From assembly GCA_038916785.1 (NCBI GenBank), contig JBCLBO010000002.1, positions 21,085 through 85,084 of the forward strand: a DNA stretch of 64,000 nucleotides, given 5' to 3'. Shown here piece after piece: positions 18,587 to 28,522 of the stretch (position 1 is its first letter; each line of letters begins with the position of its first letter). Both the position numbers and the translations under genes were made by a program. The notes beneath the pieces are model-generated. The model was given only the letters and a program-made list of their open reading frames with translations, was not told the DNA's origin and made no database searches. Source of the stretch: Candidatus Hydrogenedentales bacterium. GTDB taxonomy: Bacteria; Hydrogenedentota; Hydrogenedentia; Hydrogenedentales; GCA-2746185.

Positions 18587-19148
18587 GGTCATTCGCGCCG
18601 CGGCCGAAGTGCAGCGGGTCTGCGAGCGGAACCGTTGGCGGTTCTGTTTTATCAGGGGCCTCGCGCTACTCCGGTGGGGCGAGCCGCGCGAGACCGTCGA
18701 CGTAGACCTGACCTTGCTTACGGGCCTCGGCAACGAGACGGCGTTCATTGAGGAATTGACAGAGTGCTTTGAACCACGGCTGGCGGACGCGCGCGATTTT
18801 GCGCTGCGCAACCGGGTACTCTTGCTGCGTGCGGCGTCCGGTGTCGGTATCGACGTAGCCCTCGCTTGGATACCCTTCGAAGAGCGCGTGGTCAACCGCT
18901 CCACGTTATACGAATTTCAACAGGGCGTTTCGCTGCGAACATGTTCGGCGGACGACTTGATCGTGATGAAAGCCTTCGCCGGAAGAGGAAAAGATTGGGT
19001 GGACGTTGAAAATGTAATTGTCCGTCAAAGCGGAAAGCTCGATTGGGACACCATATTCCAAGAGATCGACGTGCTCGCGGAGGCGAAGGGCGAGCCGGAG
19101 ATTGTCACAGAATTAGGAAAACGGCGTGAGGATTTCGAGAACACATGA
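18579..19148 (+). CDS. Predicted nucleotidyltransferase-fold protein (AbiEii/MNT-like)
   Basis: IRGLALLRWGEPRETVDVDLTL fits the G[GS]-x(n)-D-x-D minimal nucleotidyltransferase pattern. 189 aa. Its stop overlaps the tyrS ATG (ATGA). Confidence 0.55.
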   Translation: MIEVIRAAAEVQRVCERNRWRFCFIRGLALLRWGEPRETVDVDLTLLTGLGNETAFIEELTECFEPRLADARDFALRNRVLLLRAASGVGIDVALAWIPFEERVVNRSTLYEFQQGVSLRTCSADDLIVMKAFAGRGKDWVDVENVIVRQSGKLDWDTIFQEIDVLAEAKGEPEIVTELGKRREDFENT

Positions 19149-20419
19149 CGCTGTACGAAGACTTGGCGTGGCGCGGGCTGATTAGCCAGGCGACGCATCC
19201 GGAGTTGGGCGGGCTGCTCGAGAAGGAGCGGTTTACCGTCTACGCGGGGTTTGATCCGACGGCGGATAGTCTGCATATCGGCTCGTTGATTCCGCTGCTG
19301 GGGCTGGCGCGGTTCCAACGCGCGGGGCACACGCCGATCGCGCTGATCGGCGGCGCGACGGGGATGATCGGCGACCCGAGCGGGAAGTCCGAGGAGCGCC
19401 AACTCCAGACGCGCGAGATGGTCGAGCGCAATGTCGCGGGAGTCGAGGCGCAGTTGCGCAAGTTCCTCGACTTCAAAGGGGCGACCGCGGCGATCGTGAC
19501 GAACAACCTCGACTGGCTCGGGCAGCTCCGGCTGGTCACTTTCCTGCGCGACATCGGCAAGCACTTTTCGGTGAACGCGATGATGGCGCGCGAGTCGGTC
19601 CGCGCGCGGCTTGAGGATCGGGAGCACGGGATCAGCTACACGGAATTCTCGTACCAGCTCTTGCAGGCCTACGATTTCTTGCAGCTCTACGACGAGCACA
19701 AGTGCCGGCTGCAAATCGGCGGTAGCGATCAGTGGGGCAATATCGTCGCGGGGATGGACCTCACGCGGCGGCTGCGGCCCGGCGTGGAGACCTACGGGCT
19801 GACGTTCCCGTTGGTGATGAAGGCGGACGGCGGAAAATTCGGCAAGTCGGAGAGCGGAAACGTCTGGCTCGATCCGACGAAGACTTCGCCGTACAAGTTC
19901 TACCAGTTTTGGATTAATACCGCCGATGCGGACGCGGTGAAGTTTCTGAAATATTTCACGTTTCTTCCGCACGAGGAGATTGACACGCTCGGCGAGGCCG
20001 TGACGTCGGCGCCGCAGGAACGCGCCGCGCAGAAGGCGTTGGCTACCGAGATGACGAAGCTGGTGCACGGCGAGGCGGCGCTGGCGGACGCGATCAAGGC
20101 GAGCGCCGCGATGTTCGGCGGGTCGTTAGAGGGACTGAGCGATGCGACGTTGGAAGACATCTTCACGGGCATGCCGAGCGCGGAGCTGCCGCGCGCGGCG
20201 CTGTCGGCGGGGCGGGCGTTGATCGACGTGCTGGTTGAGTCGGGAGTGTTCAAGAGCAAGGGCGAGGCGAAGCGGCTGGTGCAAAACGGCGGGTTGTATG
20301 TGAACAACGCGCGCGTGGACGCCGAGGACGCCAAACTTACGAACCAGTGCCTGACGACCGAGCGGATCGCCGTGGTGCGCACGGGGAAGAAGAACTACCA
20401 CCTGCTGAAGTTCGTCTGA
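19145..20419 (+). CDS. tyrS: Tyrosine--tRNA ligase
   Basis: HIGH-type motif (DSLHIGSLIP), KMSKS-type motif (KFGKS) and a C-terminal S4-like domain (RLVQNGGLYVNN). Confidence 0.95.
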   Translation: MTLYEDLAWRGLISQATHPELGGLLEKERFTVYAGFDPTADSLHIGSLIPLLGLARFQRAGHTPIALIGGATGMIGDPSGKSEERQLQTREMVERNVAGVEAQLRKFLDFKGATAAIVTNNLDWLGQLRLVTFLRDIGKHFSVNAMMARESVRARLEDREHGISYTEFSYQLLQAYDFLQLYDEHKCRLQIGGSDQWGNIVAGMDLTRRLRPGVETYGLTFPLVMKADGGKFGKSESGNVWLDPTKTSPYKFYQFWINTADADAVKFLKYFTFLPHEEIDTLGEAVTSAPQERAAQKALATEMTKLVHGEAALADAIKASAAMFGGSLEGLSDATLEDIFTGMPSAELPRAALSAGRALIDVLVESGVFKSKGEAKRLVQNGGLYVNNARVDAEDAKLTNQCLTTERIAVVRTGKKNYHLLKFV

Positions 20420-20428
20420 AAAAACTCT

Positions 20429-20542
20429 GCCACGGATTTAACGGATTACACGGATCAGGCTTCTTTTGATCTGTGAGTCGCCCGATGATCATCTCTTGAA
20501 AATGTTTGGAGATCGATCCGTTTTATCCATCAAATCCGTGGC
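20429..20542. repeat. Inverted pair of 28-nt triple-ATCCGT arms
   Basis: GCCACGGATTTAACGGATTACACGGATC (20429-20456) and GATCCGTTTTATCCATCAAATCCGTGGC (20515-20542) flank a 58-bp core. The pair lies between the convergent tyrS and anti-sigma genes. Confidence 0.8.
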
Positions 20543-20559
20543 TCATTCTCTCTGATATA

Positions 20560-22887
20560 TTAGCGTCCTTCAATCAGCGGCCGGGCCTGGAGCATCAGGT
20601 GGATCATTTCCGCGCGGCGGGGATCGTCGCTGGCGGCGAGGCCGGCCTGGGCGAGTTGCATCATGGTGTCGTAGCTCAGACCCGAGCCCAGTGGATTGCC
20701 GCGCAGTAGTTTGCCGAAGGCCGCGACGGCGCTGGCGAACTTGAGATCGGCCGAGGGCGATTCGGAAACCTGATCCTTCAGCGGGAACTCAAGCAGCTTG
20801 CTCTCCGCGCCTTCGGGTTCTTTGTAGCGCAGCTTCACGAGCATCAGTTCGTCGGCGTGCGCGGGCGATGCGGCTGGCGCGGCGGCCTGGGGAGCCGCTT
20901 CCGGGGCCGCGCCGCCGGTCTGATACCGCAGCGTGTCCTCCGTACCTGCGGGAATCGCCTGGTCGGCGGGGACGATTTCGTACAGCGCGGTGACGGTGTG
21001 ACCCGCGCCGATTTCGCCGGCGTCTTTGCGGTCGTCGTTGAAGTCCTGCGCGGCGAGTGCGCGGTTTTCGTAGCCGATGAGGCGGTAGGCCGCGACGCGG
21101 GCGGGGTTGAACTCGACCTGAATCTTCACGTCCTTCGCGATGGTCACGAGCGTGCCGGAGAATTCTTCGACGAAGACTTTGCGCGCTTCGGATTCGGAGT
21201 CGATGTACCCGTAGACGCCGTTGCCCTTGTCGGCGAGCATCTCCAGCTTGTCGTCCTTCAGGTTGCCCATGCCGAAACCGAACACGCTGAGGAACACGTT
21301 GCTTTTGGCTTCGTTCTGAATCATCGAGAGGAGCGAGTCGTTGTCGCTGATGCCTACGTTGAAGTCGCCGTCGGTCGCCAGGATGACTCGGTTCACGCCG
21401 CCCGGCAGAAAGTTCTCCCGCGCGGACTGATAGGCGAGCTGGATACCGCCGGCGCCATTCGTCGAGCCGCCCGCGCCGAGTTGATCGATCGCGCTAAGGA
21501 TCACGTCCTGCCGCGAGGCGTTGGTGACCGGCAAGGCAAGATTCACGCCGCTGGCATAGGTGACAATGCTGACCCGGTCGCGCTCGTCAAGCTGGCGCGT
21601 GAGCATCGCCATCGCGCGTTTGACCAGCGGCAGCTTGTTCTCCGGCTGCATCGAGCCGGACACGTCGATGAGGAAGACGAGGTTCGTCGCGGGGCGTTGC
21701 GCGCGCGGCACCTCGCGGCCCTTGAGCCCGATGCGCACGAGCGTGTGCGCCGGCGCCCAGGGGCACGCGGCCGCCTCGAAGTGCGCGGCGAAGGGCGTGC
21801 CGTCCGTCGGCGCGGGGTACGCGTAATCGAAGTAGTTGATCAGTTCCTCAACGCGCACGGCGTCCGGCGGCGGCAACTGGCCCGAGTCGAGGAAGCGCCG
21901 CACATTCGCGTAGGACGCCGTGTCGACGTCGATTGAGAAGGTCGAGAGCGGCTGGTCGCTGACGCGCAGGAAGCCGTTGTCGATGATTTGCTTGTAGGCT
22001 TCGGAGCCGGGGGATTCCGGCGCGACTTGGCGCGGATCCCGCCACGCGAGGTGGTCAATCCGTGCGACTTGGACCTCGTTTTGGCGGCCATAGCCGATCG
22101 ATTGCAGTTGAGCCTGATGTTCGCGGGAAAGGGTGCTGGAGTCCGGGGTCGCGACCGCCACAGGCGCGGCAGCCACAGCCGAAAGGAGTGCGGGACTATT
22201 TTGCGCCTTGTCGCCGAGAGCGGGTTTGGACTTCTTGCTGTCCGAGTAACCGATGCCTTCGAGTTCATCGACTTTCTCCGCGGGCATTGCCGCGGAACGC
22301 TCATACTCGACCCCTGCGCGGGCGTACGCGGTGCCCGCCGTTTCTTCATGCAGCTTGGGAATCTGCTCTTGAACTTCGGGCTTGTTGAAATCCGGGCGGA
22401 AGTTGGCGCTTGAGCCGGGTCCGTTGATATCTCCCATGAAGGCACGCTCGACGCCGGGCTTGAGTACCTTGAGGGTTTCCCACTCCCGTTGCGCCCTGGC
22501 TTCGGCAGTCTCAGCGTAGGATGGAAATAGGGCCAACTTCTCCCTCGGGGACTCGAAGCGGTCAACAATCTGATATACGGAGGCTATGAGCGCCAGCGCG
22601 GCGGCGAGCGCGATGGCTCGGCCCACGACTCGCCTGCGGGGCCGCGTAACCAGTGACTCAAGCTTGCTGCGCTGCTCGCCCGAGAGCGCAACACTTTCCG
22701 CGGAGTCTGCAAAGGCTTCTTCCGACAATTTCACCGCGGCACGGATTTCGTCGAGCGTCTTGCGCGGTGCTTCATTCCCCGCGTGCGCGGCATCGCCGAG
22801 CAGTTTTTCGATCGCCTTCGTTTCGGCGGGATCCAACTCGCCGAGCGCGTAGGCGGTCAATGTTTCGTCGTTGAGTTCGTGTTTCAT
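20560..22887 (-). CDS. Membrane anti-sigma factor fused to a von Willebrand factor A (YfbK-like) domain
   Basis: Start chosen at MKHELNDETLTAYALGELD (anti-sigma N-terminus), 4 nt after the sigma-gene stop. A single TM segment (AIALAAALALIASVY) is present. The vWA MIDAS motif is LVFLIDVSGSM, preceded by LSTFSIDVDTASYANVRRFL. Confidence 0.8.
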   Translation of the reverse strand: MKHELNDETLTAYALGELDPAETKAIEKLLGDAAHAGNEAPRKTLDEIRAAVKLSEEAFADSAESVALSGEQRSKLESLVTRPRRRVVGRAIALAAALALIASVYQIVDRFESPREKLALFPSYAETAEARAQREWETLKVLKPGVERAFMGDINGPGSSANFRPDFNKPEVQEQIPKLHEETAGTAYARAGVEYERSAAMPAEKVDELEGIGYSDSKKSKPALGDKAQNSPALLSAVAAAPVAVATPDSSTLSREHQAQLQSIGYGRQNEVQVARIDHLAWRDPRQVAPESPGSEAYKQIIDNGFLRVSDQPLSTFSIDVDTASYANVRRFLDSGQLPPPDAVRVEELINYFDYAYPAPTDGTPFAAHFEAAACPWAPAHTLVRIGLKGREVPRAQRPATNLVFLIDVSGSMQPENKLPLVKRAMAMLTRQLDERDRVSIVTYASGVNLALPVTNASRQDVILSAIDQLGAGGSTNGAGGIQLAYQSARENFLPGGVNRVILATDGDFNVGISDNDSLLSMIQNEAKSNVFLSVFGFGMGNLKDDKLEMLADKGNGVYGYIDSESEARKVFVEEFSGTLVTIAKDVKIQVEFNPARVAAYRLIGYENRALAAQDFNDDRKDAGEIGAGHTVTALYEIVPADQAIPAGTEDTLRYQTGGAAPEAAPQAAAPAASPAHADELMLVKLRYKEPEGAESKLLEFPLKDQVSESPSADLKFASAVAAFGKLLRGNPLGSGLSYDTMMQLAQAGLAASDDPRRAEMIHLMLQARPLIEGR

Positions 22888-22891
22888 GGCG

Positions 22892-23449
22892 TCAGGTCCT
22901 TTCATTCGTGGGCGGCCAGTCGAGCGTGCCGCGCAGGCGTGTGCGCACGGCGGTCAGCGCCTGCGCGATGGTGTAGTTCACGGTGGACAGCGGCATGTTC
23001 ATCACGCGGCTGATGTCGCGGTAGGTCAGCCCGTGCTCGAACTTGAGGCGGAAGGCCTCTTGTTGGTTGGCGGGCAGCGCGGCGACGGCCTCGAGCACGA
23101 GTGCGTGCTCCTCGCGCGCGATGGCGCGGCGGCCCGGCCCCGGCGCAGCGTCGGGCCGCGCCTCAGCCTCGGTTTGCCGTAGTGCTTGCATTCGGCCCTC
23201 CTTCTTCCGCACGTCGAGCGCGCGGTTCCGGCATACGGTGTACAACCAGGGGGCCAGCCGGCCGTTCAGCTTCGCCGGGTCTTCGCGGCAAAGCTTGACG
23301 AAGGTGTCTTGCACGACGTCTCGCGCGGACTCGAGTTCGCCCGTGAAGCGCGCGGCATACCGGATCAGCGGGCGCTCGTAGGTTTCGAGCGCCTGCCGCA
23401 CCCATTCCGCGCGCGCCGGGTTTCCGTCTGCCATCGTGTCGTCCGTCAC
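22892..23449 (-). CDS. ECF-type RNA polymerase sigma factor
   Basis: Sigma-70 region 2 (LIRYAARFTGELESARDVVQDTFVKL) and region 4 (LTYRDISRVMNMPLSTVNYTIAQAL). Confidence 0.85.
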   Translation of the reverse strand: MTDDTMADGNPARAEWVRQALETYERPLIRYAARFTGELESARDVVQDTFVKLCREDPAKLNGRLAPWLYTVCRNRALDVRKKEGRMQALRQTEAEARPDAAPGPGRRAIAREEHALVLEAVAALPANQQEAFRLKFEHGLTYRDISRVMNMPLSTVNYTIAQALTAVRTRLRGTLDWPPTNERT

Positions 23450-23523
23450 CGGCCCCTTGTCTTCTACTACGAATTGGACACCGTTTTGTCCAAGCGGTGC
23501 GAGGCCGGGGCAGGTGTGCGCCG

Positions 23524-24888
23524 TCAGCGGTTTGCCGGGGCCGGGTCGAGGTGTGGTCTGAGCAGGGGCAGGAGCAGATCGGCGAAGAGGCGGTTGCCCT
23601 CTGGCGTGAGATGGCCGTCGTAATCGTAGAAGGCCTTCATAGCTTTGGAACCCGTACGGAACGCCGCCGTCACTTGCAGCATGGGGACACCCGCGCGATC
23701 ACTCGCACGCTGGTGGGCCTCGTCGGGCACCGTTGTGGCGAAATTGGCGTCCCGTATCCGGAGCTGTTGCTCGGTATTTATCGATTCAAAGAGTTTCTGC
23801 CAGCCGGAGATCCCGACATAGGAGCATTCGGGTATGGACACGGTCACCACGCGTGCCCCGTGGGCCTCGGCCACTTTCCGGATGTGTTCCAACTGCCGCG
23901 CGCACAATTCGATGCGGCGCCGCATGAGAACTGAGTCCACGTTCAGCTCCGGCGTGGTCTCCGGCGTGGGCGGGTCTTCGGCGACTACGGCTGCCCTGTC
24001 CGCCGGGGGCGGGGGCGTCGCCGTAGCGTGAGGCGCTTTCGGCGGACTCACCGGTCTCGGAAAAAGCCAAGTGAGTGAGGCGGGGTTTAGCTCACCCTCG
24101 ACGAAGGCGCGATGGATCGGCTCGGCCATTGCATGGAAGTTTTTCAGCCGGGTTTCATCCATGCTTGCAAGGTATTTCTGGGTTTTCTTCTTCCATTCGT
24201 CCTTAATCAAGGTCCGTTGGCCGACGAATTCCAGTCCGGGCCGGCGAGACAGCGAACGCAGTCCATCGGTTGAGAGTCGCGTGAGATTTGGAACCAAACG
24301 GTGCGCGAGGGATTTCGTGAATGCCGGTTTTTCGATCGGTACAGCGCGCGCGGGGGCGGGGTCGAGCCCAACTTCCTTAGGACGCCAATTTTTAACCTGC
24401 TCCAGATCGTTGCCTTGGAGCAGCCCCACCAAGACGAGGTCGGGCTTCAAGATGGGGATGACCTTCGCCGCCGTGTCCGCGTATTCGCCGGGTCCGTGCC
24501 CCGGAGAACCCAAGTTCAAGAGTTCGAGGTCGTGCCCTTCGGCGCGGAGCGCTTCTTCCAGCCGCTTGACCCAGGTGTCGGCCAGATCCACCCCCCAACC
24601 GTAGGTGTAGGAGTCGCCGAGCGCTAGAACGCGCAGTTTCCGGGTCTTCACACGTGTGGTGTCATCGCCCCGAAATCCGAGATTGTTCGCGTACACCGTA
24701 CACTTAAACTCGATCGTGTCGTAGTAGGCCGCGGAGTGCGGCGTGAACAAGAGGCCGGCCGGGAGCTCGTCCGCGGGACGAAAATGTCCGAGGGCGCGAT
24801 CGGCCACAAGCACAAGGGTGAATATGCCTGCGAGGGAACCGATCGCAAGCAGCACGTTGCCGATGAAGGTCTTCATCCGTGAAGTCAT
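23524..24888 (-). CDS. Membrane-anchored SGNH/GDSL-family hydrolase
   Basis: Start chosen at MTSRMKTFIGNVLLAIGSLAGIF (TM anchor). Block I is VLALGDSYTYGWG and block V is DGHLTPEG. Confidence 0.7.
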   Translation of the reverse strand: MTSRMKTFIGNVLLAIGSLAGIFTLVLVADRALGHFRPADELPAGLLFTPHSAAYYDTIEFKCTVYANNLGFRGDDTTRVKTRKLRVLALGDSYTYGWGVDLADTWVKRLEEALRAEGHDLELLNLGSPGHGPGEYADTAAKVIPILKPDLVLVGLLQGNDLEQVKNWRPKEVGLDPAPARAVPIEKPAFTKSLAHRLVPNLTRLSTDGLRSLSRRPGLEFVGQRTLIKDEWKKKTQKYLASMDETRLKNFHAMAEPIHRAFVEGELNPASLTWLFPRPVSPPKAPHATATPPPPADRAAVVAEDPPTPETTPELNVDSVLMRRRIELCARQLEHIRKVAEAHGARVVTVSIPECSYVGISGWQKLFESINTEQQLRIRDANFATTVPDEAHQRASDRAGVPMLQVTAAFRTGSKAMKAFYDYDGHLTPEGNRLFADLLLPLLRPHLDPAPANR

Positions 24889-25054
24889 CTGTCGTGGTCC
24901 GGTCTGTCCGTCTCGCCGAAGGTACTCACGGCGATCCCATAGGATGATAGGTGCGTGCGGCGACGCGGTCAACACGGCGCCGATCGCCGCGCGGCAACTT
25001 GCTTTCGGCGCGCGCGGACGGGAGAATACGCGCTTCTTGTCGAGGAGTGTCGTC

Positions 25055-25672
25055 GTGCCCGCCCAATCCGATTCACTGTCGTTCAAATGCCACCACTGCA
25101 ATCATTGCTGCATCGATGTGATTTGCCTGCCGAGTCCGTGGGACGTGCGGCGGATCATGCGGATGACGGGGCAGGACCCCTTCGATTTTTTGGAGTTCCT
25201 GACGCCGGAGGAGATCGAGGACGTCGATGATGACGACCCGACCTGGCTCGTGCTCAACGGCGTGAAGTACGTGATGGCGCTCAAGCGCGACGAGGTGCTC
25301 GGCTGCCATTTCCTGAACCGCGAGACGCGCCTGTGCTCGATCTACGAGGCGCGGCCCCTGCTCTGCCGCTTGTATCCCTTCAAGGTGGTGGAAGATGAGG
25401 ACGGCACGTATCGGGGATTCACACTGCACGAGGGCGTGGGCTGTCCGAAGCACGTCGATGGGGTCGTCCCGATGAAGCCCTTGCACGATCTGTATGTGCA
25501 GGACAGTATCAACGGCGAGGACTACGTCGAACTGGTCGATTTTTTCAACGCGCAGGACTATCCCGGCAAGGAAGTCGAGGATTTCGTCGTGATGTTTACC
25601 GGCGGATTCAGCAAGCTGCGCGAGAACCTCGACGAACAGGAACGCGAGAAGGCCGCCGGCGCGGTGAAGTGA
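25055..25672 (+). CDS. YkgJ-family cysteine-cluster protein
   Basis: A GTG start at 25055 lies 7 nt after GAGGAG. The CxxCxxCC signature is FKCHHCNHCC. Further Cys residues occur in CHFLN...RLCSIY...CRLYPF. Confidence 0.7.
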   Translation: MPAQSDSLSFKCHHCNHCCIDVICLPSPWDVRRIMRMTGQDPFDFLEFLTPEEIEDVDDDDPTWLVLNGVKYVMALKRDEVLGCHFLNRETRLCSIYEARPLLCRLYPFKVVEDEDGTYRGFTLHEGVGCPKHVDGVVPMKPLHDLYVQDSINGEDYVELVDFFNAQDYPGKEVEDFVVMFTGGFSKLRENLDEQEREKAAGAVK

Positions 25673-25682
25673 AACGAATTGA

Positions 25683-26012
25683 GCCACGGATTAGACGGAT
25701 TGAACGGATCAGTCTAATCCCGGGTTCGGGTTGCCGTGTCATTCCCTTGTAAAAAACGGCTCCAATTTTCGGCTACTTTATTTTAAGGGCGTCTAACAAA
25801 CCCCAGCGTTCGTAGCATGGGCGGCTCGCCCATGCGGGTGCATGCCAGCCGTGTCGGGTATTTTGTCAGATGCTCTAAGGAATGATTGATAAATCCGAAC
25901 AGCAATCGTGTCCCTGGGCTTGCGAATGTCGGGGTTTATCAGTGTCCATTGGTGGTCAAAAGCCCTGCATATTCGGGTGAAGTTAATCCGTTCAATCCGT
26001 CTAATCCGTGGC
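25683..26012. repeat. Inverted pair of 28-nt triple-ATCCGT arms enclosing a 274-bp core
   Basis: GCCACGGATTAGACGGATTGAACGGATC (25683-25710) matches the reverse complement of AATCCGTTCAATCCGTCTAATCCGTGGC (25985-12) at 27 of 28 positions; the second arm spans 25985-26012. The core carries a GTAGCATGGGCGG..CGCCCATGCGGG hairpin unit (25812-25838). The right arm overruns the menE stop. Confidence 0.85.
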
Positions 26013-27521
26013 TAATTCCTTTGCTCTTTTCTCGAAATCTCGCCGGGCCGGCTTGAGTCCCGGCTGGGCGAGATCGGCGGGCCAGGGGCGAATCGCGCGC
26101 GGGATTTTATGGCCGGGGAGCGTTACGCGCATATCTTTTTCTACCGCCGCCGCATCCAGCGCGCGGCCTTCTTCCATACGAACGAAGGCCACGGGCCGGC
26201 GGCCCCATTCCGCGTCGTCGACCGGCACGACGATCGCCTCTTCGACGCCTTCGATGTTGCGCAGCGCCTGCTCGATCTCTTCGGGCTGAATATTCTCGCC
26301 GCCGCTGATAAACATGTTGTCGCGCCGGCCGGTCACGTGGAGGTAGCCCGCGTCGTCGAAGCGGCCGAGGTCGCCCGTGCGGAACCAGCCCTCGTCCGTG
26401 AGCGGGCGATGCAGCGAGCCGTCCGGCTGGAGGTAGCCGAGAAAAAGTTGATCCCCGCGCACGAGAATCTCGCCCTCGGAGGAGATCGAGACCGTGCCGT
26501 CCACCAGCGGTTTTCCGGACGACAACAGCCGCTCCATCGCGTCGCCCGGCCGCGTGCAGCAGATCATCGCGGCGGTCTCCGTCATGCCGTAGCTCATCAC
26601 GAGTTTGATCCCGCGTGCCACAGCCTCGCGCACGAGCGGCTCCGGCGTGGGCCCGCCGCCCATCACGACGGCCTTGCACCGCGCGAGCGCGGCGGCGGAT
26701 GCGTCGTCGCGCAGGAGCCGGTAGAGTTGCGTGGCGACGAGCGAGACGTGGGTGGGGGCGTGGCGAATGAGCACGTCCCCCAATTCTTCGCCTTCCTCCG
26801 GCAAGACGATCGCCGCGCTGGCCAGCAGGCACCGGAACACGATGCTCAAGCCGCTGACGTGGTAGAGGGGAAGTGAGAGTAGCCAGCGGCTGCGCGCATC
26901 GAGTTCGAGAAGCCGATTTGCGGCTCTCGCACCCGAGAGCATGTTTCCCGCCGACAACACGGCGGCCTTCGGATCGCCGCTGCTTCCCGAGCTAAACACC
27001 ACGAGCGCAGGGATGTCGCGATGAAGCGTCAGGCTGGAAAGGGCCCGCTCATCTGAGCTCTCGTCGCGGTCCACGACCGGGAGCCGCGGGGGCGTGACTC
27101 GCGCGAGAGAGCCCTTGCCTCCGGTTTTCCGCTTGGCAGCCGTGCGGCGGGCCGCGTGCAGAAGCTGAAGCGCGTGAACAAAACGCGGCGTGGGCCACTC
27201 GGAGTTGACCATCCCCGCCGCGCCCCAGGAGGCCAGCGCCGAAAGCATGTGGAGAAGGGCGCACTCGTCGTCTTCGACAAAGACGACTTCGTATCGGCCC
27301 GGGCCGCAATTGGGGTCGAGGACGTCTTCGGTAAACCCGTCCACCCGGTCCCACATGTCGGCGTAATTTACGCGCTCGCTGGTATGGACGAGCGCGGGCC
27401 GGAGCGGTTCGTTTTCAATCTTGATTAGAGTCAATGAGCGTAGCTCCAGTTTGCACCGCGCTCCACTTCCGGTGTGATGAGATTGCCGCGTCGGGCGCTG
27501 AAGGGTGCGCCCTCTTCGCAA
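26001..27521 (-). CDS. menE: O-succinylbenzoate--CoA ligase (AMP-binding family)
   Basis: AMP-binding motif VFSSGSSGDPK, GWFRTGD, and men-operon context. The start is uncertain: TTG at 27521 or TTG at 27434. Confidence 0.75.
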   Translation of the reverse strand: MRRGRTLQRPTRQSHHTGSGARCKLELRSLTLIKIENEPLRPALVHTSERVNYADMWDRVDGFTEDVLDPNCGPGRYEVVFVEDDECALLHMLSALASWGAAGMVNSEWPTPRFVHALQLLHAARRTAAKRKTGGKGSLARVTPPRLPVVDRDESSDERALSSLTLHRDIPALVVFSSGSSGDPKAAVLSAGNMLSGARAANRLLELDARSRWLLSLPLYHVSGLSIVFRCLLASAAIVLPEEGEELGDVLIRHAPTHVSLVATQLYRLLRDDASAAALARCKAVVMGGGPTPEPLVREAVARGIKLVMSYGMTETAAMICCTRPGDAMERLLSSGKPLVDGTVSISSEGEILVRGDQLFLGYLQPDGSLHRPLTDEGWFRTGDLGRFDDAGYLHVTGRRDNMFISGGENIQPEEIEQALRNIEGVEEAIVVPVDDAEWGRRPVAFVRMEEGRALDAAAVEKDMRVTLPGHKIPRAIRPWPADLAQPGLKPARRDFEKRAKELATD

Positions 27522-27527
27522 AGACGT

Positions 27528-28415
27528 TCAAAACATCCAACCGATCGAGAATAGCACGGTGTAGAGCACGAGCGCAGCGCCGGTGCGCGCGAGGACGGCG
27601 TTGAGTTCGCGCGGGTCGGTGTAGCGGAAGATGGCGAGGATGTTGGGAATCGCGAAGAGGAACGATGCGGCGGCGAGCAGGACCCACTGGTGATCCTTCG
27701 TTTGCGAGGCGAGGTAGGCCGGCACACCGATGGCCGCGGCGACCAGGCACAGGACGTACTCCGCGCGCGCGAAGTTCTTGCCGTAGCGCGCGGCTAGGGT
27801 GTGTTTTCCGGCGGCGCGATCGCCGTCGATGTCGCGCAGGTTGTTGACGGTGAGGATCGCGACCGAAAACAATCCCGGCGCGAAGGAGGCCGCGATCACC
27901 TGCGGCGGCACCTCGAAGGCCATAAGGTAGTAGCTGCCGCAGACGGCGACCGGGCCGAAGAACGCCAGCACAAAGGCCTCGCCCCAGCCGTGGTAGCCGA
28001 GCGGATAGGGCCCGCCGGTGTAGGCGAGCCCACTGGCGATCGAGGCGACGCCGATCAGCAGGTACAGCAGCCCGCCGCGCGACATGATGTAGAGCCCGGG
28101 AATGAAGACCGCGGCAAACGTGAGAATGATCGCGCCCTTCATCACCTGCGGCTTGATGAGGCTCGAGGCCACCGCGCGCGGCGGGCCCATGCGATTGGCG
28201 TCGGTGCCGCGCACGCCGTCGGAGTAGTCGTTGGCGAAGTTCGTCCCGATTTGGATAAGCAGCGCGCCGAGCAGACACGCGACGAATGAAGGCGCGTGAA
28301 AGAAGCCGGCTTCCGCTGCCATCGCCGCCGCGAGGATCACCGGGCATGCGCCTGCGGGGAGGGTTTTGGGCCGAAGGGCGAGCAGCCAGCGATTTTGGGA
28401 GGAGGGATTAGCCAC
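27528..28415 (-). CDS. menA: 1,4-dihydroxy-2-naphthoate polyprenyltransferase (UbiA family)
   Basis: Polytopic membrane protein with NDYSDGVRGTD (NxxxDxxxD). The GTG start lies inside a repeat arm, so the exact start is uncertain. Confidence 0.85.
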   Translation of the reverse strand: MANPSSQNRWLLALRPKTLPAGACPVILAAAMAAEAGFFHAPSFVACLLGALLIQIGTNFANDYSDGVRGTDANRMGPPRAVASSLIKPQVMKGAIILTFAAVFIPGLYIMSRGGLLYLLIGVASIASGLAYTGGPYPLGYHGWGEAFVLAFFGPVAVCGSYYLMAFEVPPQVIAASFAPGLFSVAILTVNNLRDIDGDRAAGKHTLAARYGKNFARAEYVLCLVAAAIGVPAYLASQTKDHQWVLLAAASFLFAIPNILAIFRYTDPRELNAVLARTGAALVLYTVLFSIGWMF

Positions 28416-28520
28416 GGATTAGACGGATAAGTCGGATCAATTACTGGTTGAGATCGAGCCTCTCGGAGTGTGGCGAAGGGCGAAAGATTTTAGCGACGGA
28501 TATATCGGATAGGGCGGATC
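28411..28520. repeat. Two direct triple-ATCCGT arms separated by a degenerate copy of the GxxExxY gene 3' end
   Basis: Arm GCCACGGATTAGACGGATAAGTCGGATC (28411-28438) and arm GCGACGGATATATCGGATAGGGCGGATC (28493-28520). The intervening roughly 55 nt align by eye, at about three-quarters identity, to 28515-28570. That region is the arm plus the last codons of the intact gene. Confidence 0.65.
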
Positions 28521-28522
28521 AG

